From: Alloprevotella sp.
GTDB taxonomy: Bacteria; Bacteroidota; Bacteroidia; Bacteroidales; Bacteroidaceae
Assembly (NCBI GenBank): GCA_017476545.1
Contig: JAFUZP010000032.1
Location: forward strand, 27,180-91,179
Length of the DNA: 64,000 nucleotides
Direction: 5' to 3'
Shown here: positions 50,955 through 62,498 of the stretch, piece after piece
How the letters are laid out: every line of letters begins with the position of its first letter
How positions within the stretch are numbered: position 1 is the first letter of the stretch
Notes under the pieces: generated by a model
Told to the model about the DNA's origin: nothing
The model's database searches: none
Seen by the model: only the letters and a program-made list of their open reading frames with translations
Program-made: the position numbers and the translations under genes

Positions 50955-52853
50955 TTAGCGGCGGCCTATGTGCTGTTGGCGCTTCTTGAGCTCTTCCTGC
51001 TGCTCCTGCAAAGCCTGCAAACGGGCAGCCAGGCCGCCGGGCTTGCGGTTTGGGTTGTTTTTGTTAGCTTTGTAATTCTCTTCCAGCTTAGCCAACAGTT
51101 TTGCGTCGTCGGTAGTGCGGCGCAAGTACCACATCGTAAGAGCGGAAGTCAGTAGGGATATAAAATAATAATAGTTCAGCCCTGAACTGTACTTGTTGAA
51201 CATAAAGAAGAAAAAGACTGGCATCAGAAACATCATCCACTGCATCATCTTCATCTGCTGAGCCTGTTCCCCGCTCATAGACTCCCGCTGCTGGCGCATC
51301 GTCATCCAGGAGTAGAGAATGTTCGTGCCGCAGAAAAGAATACAGAACAAGGAGAGATGGTCACCCAACCATGGAATGTCTGTTACGAAAGTGATGAGGG
51401 AGTCGTAAGTGGACAGGTCGTCTGCCCAAAGAAAGCTCTGCTGCCGCAGTTCGAAAGCGTTCGGTACGAAATTAAACATCGCAATCCAAATCGGCATTTG
51501 TATCAGCATCGGGAGGCAGCCACCCATCGGTGAAACGCCATACTGCTGGTAGAGCTGCATCATTTCCTGCTGCTTCTTCATCGCATCCTCCTGCTTCGGA
51601 TACTTTGCACCCAATGCGTCCACTTTCGGTTTCAGTACACGCATTTTTGCGCTGGAGAGGTAACTCTTCCGCGTTGTGGGATAGACAATGACGCGTAACA
51701 GTAGGGTTATGATGAGTAGAACGATGCCCATGTTCATGCCGAAGCCCGTGAGGAAATCAAACACGTAGATGGTGAAGAAACGGTTAATCCAGCGCACGAT
51801 AGGCCAACCGAGGTAAACAAGTTTTTCTAACCGCATCTCCCGATCGCCGATACGGTAAGCCTCCATAGACTGCAAGTAGCGATACTGGTTCGGACCGAAA
51901 TAGAATTGCAGTTGTAACTGCGACCCCGTGGCATTGAAGGGTAGCTCCAGGTCTGCCGCGTAATGCTTGACGAAACCGCTACCCTCGTCGCACAATTCAC
52001 TCTTCAACGTGTTCGCTTTCATCAATTCGGGGGTTATGAGGACCGCACTGAAGTATTGGTTCTTGAAAGCGACCCACTGCACTCTCTTTTGTGGCTGTTT
52101 CTCGTCCGCCTTTTGCTCGTTAAGTTTTTCCGTGTCGCCATCCTCCTCGCGGTAAGTCAGCGTTGAGTACATATTCTCAAAGTAAAAACCTTTCTCTTGC
52201 TGGCGTACTTTATCCTGCCACTCCAGCCCCAGCGTTTTTCCCTTGAAAGAACGCCCTGTGGCACGAACTGTAGCATTGACTAAGTACGTTCCAGAAAGCA
52301 ATGCATAATCAATGAAGAGCGTATCACCCAGACTGGAAGCTAAAGCAAGTGTCGCCGTAGAGTCGGTCCGGGCCAGCGTGGTGAAGTTGTAAGCCTGGCT
52401 GTTATATATTCCCGCCGTTGTTTCAAATTGCAGATTCATCTGTGCTGTGCTGTCGTCAAAGAGCACCAATTGAGCCTGCTCGTTACCGTCATGGAAGTCT
52501 GCATAACTCTTATAATCTTTCAAGCGCACGGCACTAACGAGTCCGCCTCTTTCAGAAAGCTCTACGGCAACCTTCTCGTTTTGGAGGACAATGGGTGCCT
52601 CCGCTTGCAGTGTGTCAGCCGTAAACTGGGAGGCTGCAGCTAAGAAGATATCGCTACTGTCAGGCTGCTGAATGACTGCCGCAGCAGCAGGCTTCGGTGT
52701 AGCGGAAGATGAGACTGCTGCGAGGGAGTCCTCGACAAGAGACTGTTGCGCAAGTTCGTCTTGGTAGGCGGCGCGGCGTGAATTGCTATAATAGCTGAAG
52801 CCGATTAGTACGGCGGCAATAAGAATGAGTCCGGTAATTGTGTTTTTATCCAT
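50955..52853 (-). CDS. yidC: Membrane protein insertase
   Basis: MDKNTITG start; FYFGP, GGCLPMLIQMP and FLWADDLS motifs. Confidence 0.96.
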   Translation of the reverse strand: MDKNTITGLILIAAVLIGFSYYSNSRRAAYQDELAQQSLVEDSLAAVSSSATPKPAAAAVIQQPDSSDIFLAAASQFTADTLQAEAPIVLQNEKVAVELSERGGLVSAVRLKDYKSYADFHDGNEQAQLVLFDDSTAQMNLQFETTAGIYNSQAYNFTTLARTDSTATLALASSLGDTLFIDYALLSGTYLVNATVRATGRSFKGKTLGLEWQDKVRQQEKGFYFENMYSTLTYREEDGDTEKLNEQKADEKQPQKRVQWVAFKNQYFSAVLITPELMKANTLKSELCDEGSGFVKHYAADLELPFNATGSQLQLQFYFGPNQYRYLQSMEAYRIGDREMRLEKLVYLGWPIVRWINRFFTIYVFDFLTGFGMNMGIVLLIITLLLRVIVYPTTRKSYLSSAKMRVLKPKVDALGAKYPKQEDAMKKQQEMMQLYQQYGVSPMGGCLPMLIQMPIWIAMFNFVPNAFELRQQSFLWADDLSTYDSLITFVTDIPWLGDHLSLFCILFCGTNILYSWMTMRQQRESMSGEQAQQMKMMQWMMFLMPVFFFFMFNKYSSGLNYYYFISLLTSALTMWYLRRTTDDAKLLAKLEENYKANKNNPNRKPGGLAARLQALQEQQEELKKRQQHIGRR

Positions 52854-52934
52854 TGCAAATTATTTCGTGATGGTAGCTGCAAAGCTTTCGCAACCTACCG
52901 ATAAGCTGTTGTGACTTAATGGTGAAGGCTGAGT

Positions 52935-54596
<1,662 letters not shown>

Positions 54597-54660
54597 TTAT
54601 TATCTGGCTGGCATAGTCCTCTACATCCCTTGGTATTGCAAGGGCATTACCCCCACCCTG

Positions 54661-55584
54661 CTATAATGCCCTCAATGAAAAGAGAAAGGCAAGTCCGCCA
54701 CCATTGCTCGCCTGTGCGGTAATTGTTCCTCCATGAAGCTGCACGGCGTTTTTGACGATGGCGAGTCCCAGCCCGGTACCCCCCATCTGCCTGCTGCGCC
54801 CCTTATCCACCCGGTAGAACCGCTCAAAGAGGCGCGGCAGATGCTCCGGCGCGACACCGACACCGTTGTCCGCGAAAGAAAATTGCCACATCCTACGATT
54901 TTTCCGTGCCTCAACCATGATGGCGGTCCCATCGCCCGCATAGTTAATCGCATTGTCCAGCAAATTACGAAAGATGCCATATATTAGCGAGAAATCCCCC
55001 TGCACACGTATATCCTCCGGCACATCCAAACTAAGCGTCATGCTGCGCTGCTGCAAAGCTTGGGCACTTTCTTTCATAATTTCGGCGAGTATGGCGGCAA
55101 TATCAACCTCTTCCAAGCGCAACATCTCCGGGGCGTCGTCCAGCCGGTTGAGGGTGGCAATGTCCTGTAGCAGGGCGGTCAGCCGTTCTGCCTGGGCGTG
55201 ACTTCGTTCTATGAAGCGCATTCTCATTTCTTCAGGAAGACCGGAGCTGTTCAGGAGCGTTTCCATATACCCCTTAATGCTGGCTACGGGTGTTTTCAGC
55301 TCATGGGCTATATTTTGTGTAAGCTCCCGCCGCATCGCAGTTTGGCTAGCGTTGTGCTCGCGTTCAATGCGGGCATCCATTCGCTTCGCGTAGCGCAAGA
55401 GGATAGCAGCCAGCACCGCCATCACGGCAAGTGAGAACCATAGTAACTGCCAGTCCAGCTTGTCTTTAAGCGGCTCTAGGACACGGCGGTCGTAATCCTC
55501 AAATAAGATGAACACAGTGCCATATACGATAAAAATAGCCATGACACTGAAAAACATACGCTTGCCTTCAGAATACTTTTTCAT
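54661..55584 (-). CDS. Sensor histidine kinase, PhoR-like (two TM helices, very short external loop)
   Basis: HELKTP, NLLDNA, DNGVG and FERFYRVDKGRSR...GTGLGL motifs. Confidence 0.9.
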   Translation of the reverse strand: MKKYSEGKRMFFSVMAIFIVYGTVFILFEDYDRRVLEPLKDKLDWQLLWFSLAVMAVLAAILLRYAKRMDARIEREHNASQTAMRRELTQNIAHELKTPVASIKGYMETLLNSSGLPEEMRMRFIERSHAQAERLTALLQDIATLNRLDDAPEMLRLEEVDIAAILAEIMKESAQALQQRSMTLSLDVPEDIRVQGDFSLIYGIFRNLLDNAINYAGDGTAIMVEARKNRRMWQFSFADNGVGVAPEHLPRLFERFYRVDKGRSRQMGGTGLGLAIVKNAVQLHGGTITAQASNGGGLAFLFSLRAL

Positions 55585-55646
55585 GCGATAAAAATTTAAT
55601 GCATAGGAACCTGCTTTAACGCGCTCGGCTCATTACCCCCTCCCAC

Positions 55647-56357
55647 CTATCCTGTGCTTTCTTTTTTTATGCCGATAATTGCTTCTTTGTCAAAGCTATA
55701 ACCAAACCCTGCTCGCGTTACGATACAAGCGGAATATTGCCCTAATTTTTTGCGGAGGCGGGTAATGTTCACGTCCACGGTACGGGCGGTGACAACCACG
55801 TCGTGTGGCCATGCGCGCCGCAGCAGTTCCTCGCGGGAGAAGACCTGCCCTGGCTCCGACAGAAACAAGTGCAATAAGTAGTACTCCGTTGGTGTGAGTA
55901 GTAGCGGCGCGCCGTCCAGTTCCGCCGTTCTTGCCTCAGGATGCAGCACAAGTCCGCCGCAACTCCGCGTTTCTGTCCGGGGCTGTACCCGTCCCAGCAC
56001 GGCTTTTACGCGGGCAAGCACCTCGCGCACCGAAAAAGGCTTGGCTATGTAGTCGTCCGCGCCGACTCTGAAGCCCTCCAGCACGTCCGCTTCCGTCCCC
56101 AATGCAGTGAGAAATATAATCGGTATGGCACACGTCCGGGCATCCCTCTTCAGAAACTCTGCCAGCTCAAAGCCTGACATTCCTCCAAGCATAACATCAA
56201 GCAACAGCAAATCACTCCCCGCCACACCTACCGCCAGGGCTTCTTCTGCGGAAGCCGCCGTCTGTACGTCGTATCCCGCTGCTGTAAGATTGAAATGCAG
56301 TATTTCGCACAAATCAGGCTCATCGTCCACGACTAGCACTTTATGCCTCGTTTCCAT
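55647..56357 (-). CDS. OmpR/PhoB family response regulator
   Basis: VVDD, LLDVML, GADDYIAKPF and RTVDVNITRLRKKL motifs; -7 box at 56388-56395. Confidence 0.92.
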   Translation of the reverse strand: METRHKVLVVDDEPDLCEILHFNLTAAGYDVQTAASAEEALAVGVAGSDLLLLDVMLGGMSGFELAEFLKRDARTCAIPIIFLTALGTEADVLEGFRVGADDYIAKPFSVREVLARVKAVLGRVQPRTETRSCGGLVLHPEARTAELDGAPLLLTPTEYYLLHLFLSEPGQVFSREELLRRAWPHDVVVTARTVDVNITRLRKKLGQYSACIVTRAGFGYSFDKEAIIGIKKESTG

Positions 56358-56417
56358 ATAACCGCGTCTTTTGGGGTTGCTTCTCCGCAAAGATAAGAAA
56401 ATACTTCCGTACTTCGC

Positions 56418-58106
56418 TCACGCTTTCCGGCCCACCCGCGCTTCTACCACGTTCACGGCGTGGTCGCCAAGTCGCCCACAAGCATCCACCATATCCGAAA
56501 AGACCGATCCAAGAGCATAGCTGCAACGCCTGTTGTTCACGTCAGTTGCGATTTGTTCCCTGAGATTTTCCCGTGCCGCATGGATTTCTGTTTCCAGGTG
56601 CTTAGTCTTCCGGAGGTGCTGCGGCCGCCCGCTCTTTTGGACGCGCTCCATCTGCTCCAACAGCTCGTCAGCCAAGGCCATCAGCCTGCGCAAGTCAGCG
56701 TAACGCTCCTGCGTGAAATCACCGGTCAAATCCAGCTTGCGATGTAGTGCCCGGGTGATATTGTAGCATACGTCCCCCATGCTTTCCAGTTCGCCTAATA
56801 CGCGAAGCAATCCGCGCACCTTGTGTTTTGTCGCATCACTTAGGTGCGCATTGCCCACATGGGTAAGAAATGTTGCGATTTCCTGCTCCATACGATCAGT
56901 AATCCCCTCGTACTTCTCAATGCGCGCCGATATCTCGGCTGCACGCTTTGGATCGTGTTCGTCCAACAGGGCGCGCACCATACCGAACATGCGTCGCACG
57001 ATTTCCGCAAAGTGCGATGTTTCCCGTTGCGCCTGCAATAACGACAATTCCGGCGTTCGTAGCAGGCCGCCCTGAATGGGGCGCAACCGCACTTTTTCCT
57101 GCACTTGCGGACGAATAAGGCGGTAGCAAATCCGTACTATCTGTGGGATAAAGCCAACCAACAGCAGTGTGTTTGTCAGATTAAAGCACGTGTGGAACAA
57201 GGCCAGCACAATGGGAAGTCGGGCACTGTCTATCGCGGACGAATCCGGGTCGCAGCCTGCCATGTGGCATACCAGTGTGACAAAAGGAAAAAACACGGCC
57301 ATAACCCACACCACGCCCAGCACATTGAAAAGCAGGTGGGCGAGTGCTGCCCGCCTGGCCTGTGTATTAGCACCCAGCGCAGCTAGGTTAGCAGTCATCG
57401 TCGTCCCGATATTTTCCCCTAGGACGAGGGCTATACCTAAGGATATGGGCAGTACGCCTGTTGAGCAGAGCATGATGGTGATGGCCATCACTGCCGCAGA
57501 AGACTGTACGACACAGGTTATAAAGGTCCCGATGAGCAGGAAGGTGAGAACGGTCAGGTAGCTCTGCGTATCAAACGAACTGAAAAAAGCAACTACCTCG
57601 GCATTGTGTTCCAAGTCTAGTGACCGCCCCGCCGCGCTTAATTGCACGAGCGAAAAGAACAGGAATCCTATACCGAAAAGGAAATCGCCGGCATAGCGGT
57701 GCTTTCGGTAGTGAATAAGCACTATTCCCGCAAAAAAAGCGGGAAATGTCACCAACGTCAAGTCCGCGTTATAGCCCAGTGACATAATCCAAGCCGTAAG
57801 CGTAGTTCCGATATTCGCTCCCATTATCACGCTGATAGCCTGCGCCAAGGTCAGCAGTCCTGCATTGACAAAGGAAACAGTCATTACGGTTGTAGCCGAG
57901 GAGGACTGCACGATGGCCGTTATGACCACCCCGGTAACGATGCCTGCCATGCGGTTTGAGGTCATGGCGGCCAAGATGTGGCGGAGCTGGGCACCGGCCA
58001 TTTTTTGTAGTGCTTCACTCATCATTTTCATGCCATAGATGAGCAAGGCCAGCGCTCCTAAGACGTGCAGTGCGATTATAAGATAGTTCTGCGTATTTTC
58101 TTCCAT
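56418..58106 (-). CDS. Na/Pi cotransporter family protein with PhoU-like C-terminus
   Basis: Duplicated QSSS/QSSA and GANIGTT/GENIGTT motifs; helical PhoU-type tail. Confidence 0.9.
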   Translation of the reverse strand: MEENTQNYLIIALHVLGALALLIYGMKMMSEALQKMAGAQLRHILAAMTSNRMAGIVTGVVITAIVQSSSATTVMTVSFVNAGLLTLAQAISVIMGANIGTTLTAWIMSLGYNADLTLVTFPAFFAGIVLIHYRKHRYAGDFLFGIGFLFFSLVQLSAAGRSLDLEHNAEVVAFFSSFDTQSYLTVLTFLLIGTFITCVVQSSAAVMAITIMLCSTGVLPISLGIALVLGENIGTTMTANLAALGANTQARRAALAHLLFNVLGVVWVMAVFFPFVTLVCHMAGCDPDSSAIDSARLPIVLALFHTCFNLTNTLLLVGFIPQIVRICYRLIRPQVQEKVRLRPIQGGLLRTPELSLLQAQRETSHFAEIVRRMFGMVRALLDEHDPKRAAEISARIEKYEGITDRMEQEIATFLTHVGNAHLSDATKHKVRGLLRVLGELESMGDVCYNITRALHRKLDLTGDFTQERYADLRRLMALADELLEQMERVQKSGRPQHLRKTKHLETEIHAARENLREQIATDVNNRRCSYALGSVFSDMVDACGRLGDHAVNVVEARVGRKA

Positions 58107-58132
58107 GAGTCCGGTATTTATGTTTTCCGCCA

Positions 58133-58190
58133 CAAAGTTATGCAAGGCCGGTCAGACTGCCACTATGCCGGACGTTACGAAGATGTTACA
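58133..58190 (-). promoter_or_regulatory. -7 box plus 11-bp-spaced direct repeat (Pho-box-like) upstream of the Na/Pi cotransporter
   Basis: TAACTTTG at 58133-58140; plus-strand GTTAC at 58174 and 58185. Confidence 0.55.
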
Positions 58191-58294
58191 TTCGTACTTC
58201 GTGCGCATGGCCGGGAGAAACCGGATGTGCCACCACACGGGAAGGTTCGCGAAGTCGGGGAGGCCGGGAGAAATCCAGCAGGGCCGCAAACGCT

Positions 58295-58374
58295 TAACCA
58301 TAGGGGTACGGAGAACTAACCGCAGGGTTACTGCGAACTAACCCTATGGGTACGAACGACTAACCCTATGGATA
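58295..58374. repeat. 22-bp-period palindromic array 6 (linkers inverted)
   Basis: Cores taaccataggggta (58295), taaccgcagggtta (58317), taaccctatgggta (58339), taaccctatggata (58361); linkers cggagaac, ctgcgaac, cgaacgac. Confidence 0.92.
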
Positions 58375-58434
58375 AGGCGAAAAGAACTTGCCCTGCGCTA
58401 AATTAGCGCGGTTACGCAAGAGGGGCTCCCCGGC

Positions 58435-60267
58435 TCAGAACGGGAACAATAGGGGTAATACGAAAATCATCACAAGCCCCATGGCGACTTGCAGCGGCAG
58501 GCCGACGCGGACATAGTCCATAAAGGTGTAGCGGCCTGCCCGCATAACGAGTGCGTTGGGCGGTGTTGAGAAGGGGGAAGCAAAGCACATGCTGGCCGCC
58601 ACGGCTACAGCGAAGAGCGATGGCATCGGGCTTATACCAGAGGCTGTGGCGGAAGCCATCGCGATAGGGGCCATAAGGACGGCCGTAGCGGTGTTGGAGA
58701 TGAACATGGTAAGCAGGCTTGTGGTGAAATAAATCCCGGCCAACAACGCCGTCGGACCCAGTCTGCCGAGACTTCCCGCTAATGCCTGCGAGACAAGGTC
58801 GGCAACTCCCGTTTTCTCCAGCGCAACGGACATTGGCAACATGGCTGCGATGAGAACCACGCTCTCCCAGTTGATTGTTTTGTAAGCGGCCTCCACGCTG
58901 CGGAAGCACCCCGTGAGCACCATCAACACACTGGCTATCAGCACGGCTGTCACAGGGGCGACGGGGATAAAGTCAAAGACCATCAGCACTACCATCAGCA
59001 GCATGATGCCGGCAGCCAGCGGGGCTTTGTAGTCTAGCGTGACCCGAGCCGCTTCCTCCAGCGGTTGCCCGAGCACAACCCAGTGCTCCTCATCGCCCTG
59101 AAGGCGGGCAATGTTCTGCCACGTGCCCTGTACGAGCAATACGTCACCGGCCTGCAACTTCAGGGCGGGAAGCTCATCGCGCAGATACTCGTTGTTGCGA
59201 CGTACTCCCAGCACATTGATGCTATACTTGGCGCGGAAATTCGTGTCGCTGAGCCGCCGCCCCACAAAGCGGGACTGCCGCATGAGAACGATTTCAGCGA
59301 TGCCGATGTCATAAAACTCCAGTCCCCCGCCGCTATCTTCCACCTGCAGCCCGAAATCCTCCGCGAAGCGTGCCGCCGCATCAGCCGGGCCGGAAAGGTA
59401 GAGGGTGTCCCCTTCCTGCAAACGCATGTCGGGGGCGGCCACCTGCTGGGCCACCTCGCGCAGAATTCTGGCCGGAGTTCCCCCATGCCTTATCTCAAGG
59501 ACGGTCAGTCCGTAGCGCTGCCTGATGCCGAGTTCCGCAATACTTTTCCCCACCAGACTTGCGCCTTTCGGGACGGTGCTGCGTGCCACGTTTTCCATCA
59601 GGCTGTACTCTTGTGCCAACTGCACGGGAGACTTGCCTCGTTTCCGCTCACGCGCCATCCCTTCCTTACCGCCGCTAAGGAAACGGCGTGACAACGGCAG
59701 AAGTATGGCGGTACCCACACCGAGGCAAACCAATCCGACGGGCAGGAATGTAAAGAAGCGGAGTCCCGGATGACCAGCCTCCATGAGCGCCTCGTCTATG
59801 ACCAGGTTCGGCGGTGTACCAATAAGCGTCAGCATTCCCCCCATCGAACTGGCAAAAGCCAGCGGCATAAGCAGGCGGCGCGCGTCAGTCCCGGCACTGG
59901 CAGCCATTGACACTACAATAGGCAACATGAGAGCCACCGTTCCCGTATTGCTGACAAAAGCTCCGATAGTGCCTGTGACGAACATTACCAGCAAGTAAAT
60001 GCGTAGTTCGCTTGTCCCAGCCAGCCGCATAAGGCGGCTTCCGGCCATCTTTGCGAGCCCCGTCTGGAATATTCCGCCGCCCACAACAAAAAGGCCGGCC
60101 ATCATTATGACAACTGGGTTGGAAAAGCCGGACAAGGCTTCGGCTGGTGTCAGCGTGCCTGTGAGAAGCAGTGCGAGCAGGGCGCATAGTGCAACAATGT
60201 CCGAGCGGAGCTTGCCAATTGCGAACATAATGGCGGAAAGGGCCAGGATGAGGACGGTAGTGAACAT
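58435..60267 (-). CDS. SLC13/DASS family permease with TrkA-C domains
   Basis: FVSNTGT, LIGTPPN, FISNTAT and STPPNALV motifs; two central RCK-C domains. Confidence 0.9.
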   Translation of the reverse strand: MFTTVLILALSAIMFAIGKLRSDIVALCALLALLLTGTLTPAEALSGFSNPVVIMMAGLFVVGGGIFQTGLAKMAGSRLMRLAGTSELRIYLLVMFVTGTIGAFVSNTGTVALMLPIVVSMAASAGTDARRLLMPLAFASSMGGMLTLIGTPPNLVIDEALMEAGHPGLRFFTFLPVGLVCLGVGTAILLPLSRRFLSGGKEGMARERKRGKSPVQLAQEYSLMENVARSTVPKGASLVGKSIAELGIRQRYGLTVLEIRHGGTPARILREVAQQVAAPDMRLQEGDTLYLSGPADAAARFAEDFGLQVEDSGGGLEFYDIGIAEIVLMRQSRFVGRRLSDTNFRAKYSINVLGVRRNNEYLRDELPALKLQAGDVLLVQGTWQNIARLQGDEEHWVVLGQPLEEAARVTLDYKAPLAAGIMLLMVVLMVFDFIPVAPVTAVLIASVLMVLTGCFRSVEAAYKTINWESVVLIAAMLPMSVALEKTGVADLVSQALAGSLGRLGPTALLAGIYFTTSLLTMFISNTATAVLMAPIAMASATASGISPMPSLFAVAVAASMCFASPFSTPPNALVMRAGRYTFMDYVRVGLPLQVAMGLVMIFVLPLLFPF

Positions 60268-60297
60268 AGGGGAAAATTTCCGTTGAGGCAGTCTGAA

Positions 60298-61290
60298 TTA
60301 ATCTTGCGCATTGTTGCGCCGGACGAAAGACAGCGCCACACATAGCAGCAGCACGGTGAGGATGAAAGTGAGACTTATGCTTGTAGGCACTTCTACATGG
60401 GGAAGAATCCACGGCAGGCCGAGAAAGGAAAAGAGCGTGTTGAGATACTGCTCCATGCCGAGGAGCATTTTCAGCCCGACGAAGCAGAGGATGACGCCGA
60501 GTCCGTACTTGAGATAAGAAAAGTATTTGGTAAGTGCGGCCAACGCGAAGTAAAGGGCACGCAGACCTAGGATGGCGAAGATATTACTCGTGAGGACGAT
60601 AAACGGGTCGCGGGATACGGAGAAGATGGCGGGGATACTGTCCACGGCAAAGGCCACGTCGCTTGTCTCAATGACGAGCAGGGCGACAAAAAGGGGGGTG
60701 GCCATGAGGCGTCCGCCCTCGCGGACGAAAAAGCGGTCGCCGTGCATCCGATCCGCTACCGGATAGAAACGGCGGAACCAGCGTACGATGAGGTTGCGCG
60801 AAGGGTCGGCTGCGGGGGCGTCATCACGATGGGTGAACATCTTGGCCCCTGTATAGAGCAGGAACAGGCCGAACAGTCCGAGTACCCATTCGAAGCGCAT
60901 AACGACCGCCGTCCCGGCGAAGATAAACACGCTACGCAGGACAAGTGCACCGATAATCCCCCAAAAAAGTACCTCATGCTGGTAGCGGCGCTCTACACCG
61001 AAGTAGGAAAAAAGCATAAGGAAGACAAAAAGATTGTCCATCGACAGGGATTTCTCGATTAAGTATCCGGCCAGGAACTCCATAGCCTTCTCGTGGGGTG
61101 CGACAGGGTAAAGAAAATAAACACCAACGGCGAATGCGAGCGAAACGAGTATCCACACGCCCGTCATGCGAAGGGCTTCACCGATACCAACCTCATGCTG
61201 CCCCTTGCGCCCGAACATACGCAAATCGACAGCCAGCATCAGCAGTACGGCGACATAAAACAGCACCCAGGCCCATACAGGTATAGTCAT
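60298..61290 (-). CDS. TerC/Alx family metal homeostasis membrane protein
   Basis: EKSLSMDNLFVF, DVAFAVDSIPA and SNIFAILGLRALYF motifs. Confidence 0.92.
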   Translation of the reverse strand: MTIPVWAWVLFYVAVLLMLAVDLRMFGRKGQHEVGIGEALRMTGVWILVSLAFAVGVYFLYPVAPHEKAMEFLAGYLIEKSLSMDNLFVFLMLFSYFGVERRYQHEVLFWGIIGALVLRSVFIFAGTAVVMRFEWVLGLFGLFLLYTGAKMFTHRDDAPAADPSRNLIVRWFRRFYPVADRMHGDRFFVREGGRLMATPLFVALLVIETSDVAFAVDSIPAIFSVSRDPFIVLTSNIFAILGLRALYFALAALTKYFSYLKYGLGVILCFVGLKMLLGMEQYLNTLFSFLGLPWILPHVEVPTSISLTFILTVLLLCVALSFVRRNNAQD

Positions 61291-61326
61291 ACGTTTACAA
61301 ATCCTTCTATATGATTTTCACTTACA

Positions 61327-61362
61327 GGCGGACAATGCGGCTTGAAGCCCGCATTGTCCGCC
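61327..61362. other. Perfect 14-bp-stem hairpin between the PepSY-like and terC genes
   Basis: ggcggacaatgcgg-cttgaagc-ccgcattgtccgcc. Confidence 0.8.
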
Positions 61363-61400
61363 CATTAAAAAGCACTTCAGTGTGCAAAAGTAGCTAAAAT

Positions 61401-61844
61401 TTACGGAACAAGTGCCCCTTCGGCAGAAACTTTCACGTAAATATCAGCGGCATTGTGCTTGTCAAGTTCCAGCAGATAGTAGTTCCCGGAAGGTGTTTCT
61501 ATCCAGTCGGCATCGTCAATATGGCGATCCGGATAATTCTGGCTGGCGTAGTCCCGGACTGCAACTGGCAGGTTGGAAGGGAATATGTCCGTAGAAGTCA
61601 TCACCCACGTACCATCAGGCTTGAACCAGGCATCGACTTCCTTGCCATCCGCATAGAATTCGGCCTTTAGCAAGCCACGCTCTTTTTCCCACAACGCGGT
61701 CGTACCGGGAAACATGGCATTGAAAGTCGCTATTACCCCCGAGGGCACTTCCGTTGGAAGCAGGTCGTCGTCATTATCACACCCCGTCAGGGTGATGCCC
61801 AAAGCCCCTAAGGAGAGGACAATGAGCCAAAGGTAAGTTTTCAT
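61401..61844 (-). CDS. PepSY-like (DUF2874/BLIP-fold) lipoprotein
   Basis: Lipobox LTGC; two repeats P..V...F...FP and LP..V...YP; FKPDGTW motif. Confidence 0.82.
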   Translation of the reverse strand: MKTYLWLIVLSLGALGITLTGCDNDDDLLPTEVPSGVIATFNAMFPGTTALWEKERGLLKAEFYADGKEVDAWFKPDGTWVMTSTDIFPSNLPVAVRDYASQNYPDRHIDDADWIETPSGNYYLLELDKHNAADIYVKVSAEGALVP

Positions 61845-61862
61845 GATGTACGAAGTTTTTAA

Positions 61863-62309
61863 TTAATCGTCTATGTCGCGAACACGAAAGGCCTTATCGA
61901 ACTCAACTTCAAGGCCGTTTGAGAGATCCACATCGTAGCCATAGCGGTCACGGTCTATTTGCGTAATGAAAACGCCGGGGTACGTGCGCTTGACAAAAGC
62001 AAGGATTTGGGACGGCACAAGAGCCGAAGGAACAGCACTGCGGGTACAGTCAATTTCCGTCCACGCCCCTTTAGCGTCAAATTCCACCTTTGACCCATCG
62101 GCGAACACTACGTCATAACTGGTCCGCACGCCTTCCAGTTCCTGCTTCACCAGCACGGGCTGCTGAGCGTTGAAGTGTTGCTTCAGAACTGTCTGGGCCT
62201 GCGCCGGAAGCTGAGCTACAGTAATGATTTTCTCATTCCAGGCATTGGCGGGCTGCAATGCGGCCAAAAATATGGCTAGCACTGCCATACAGAAAAATTT
62301 TGTCTTCAT
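61863..62309 (-). CDS. PepSY-like periplasmic protein
   Basis: Signal peptide; QLP, EFDAKGAW, VP...YP and LSNGLEVEFD motifs. Confidence 0.85.
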   Translation of the reverse strand: MKTKFFCMAVLAIFLAALQPANAWNEKIITVAQLPAQAQTVLKQHFNAQQPVLVKQELEGVRTSYDVVFADGSKVEFDAKGAWTEIDCTRSAVPSALVPSQILAFVKRTYPGVFITQIDRDRYGYDVDLSNGLEVEFDKAFRVRDIDD

Positions 62310-62370
62310 CGTTTTTGTGTGTTGGTTAGTTAATATTCACGCAACGCGCCTTGAAGCGGAAGTTGCGTTG

Positions 62371-62427
62371 CAAAGATATGTACTTCCTGGAATTGCAAAA
62401 AGAGCTGTGTATTACAATATTGTTACA
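62371..62427 (-). promoter_or_regulatory. -7 box plus 11-bp-spaced direct repeat (Pho-box-like) upstream of the PepSY-like genes
   Basis: TATCTTTG at 62371-62378; plus-strand ATTACA at 62411 and GTTACA at 62422. Confidence 0.55.
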
Positions 62428-62498
62428 TCTCGCTGCGGCGGACTTGCCGCTTTCCATGGATTGTCGTAACTTCGCGGCAGAACTAAAACCGCTTGGAC

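Noticed and set aside
58209-58273. 12-bp direct repeat ggccgggagaaa (58209 and 58262)
   Set aside because: Only two copies, and similar to the CGGAGAAC linker; most likely decayed array units rather than a separate element.
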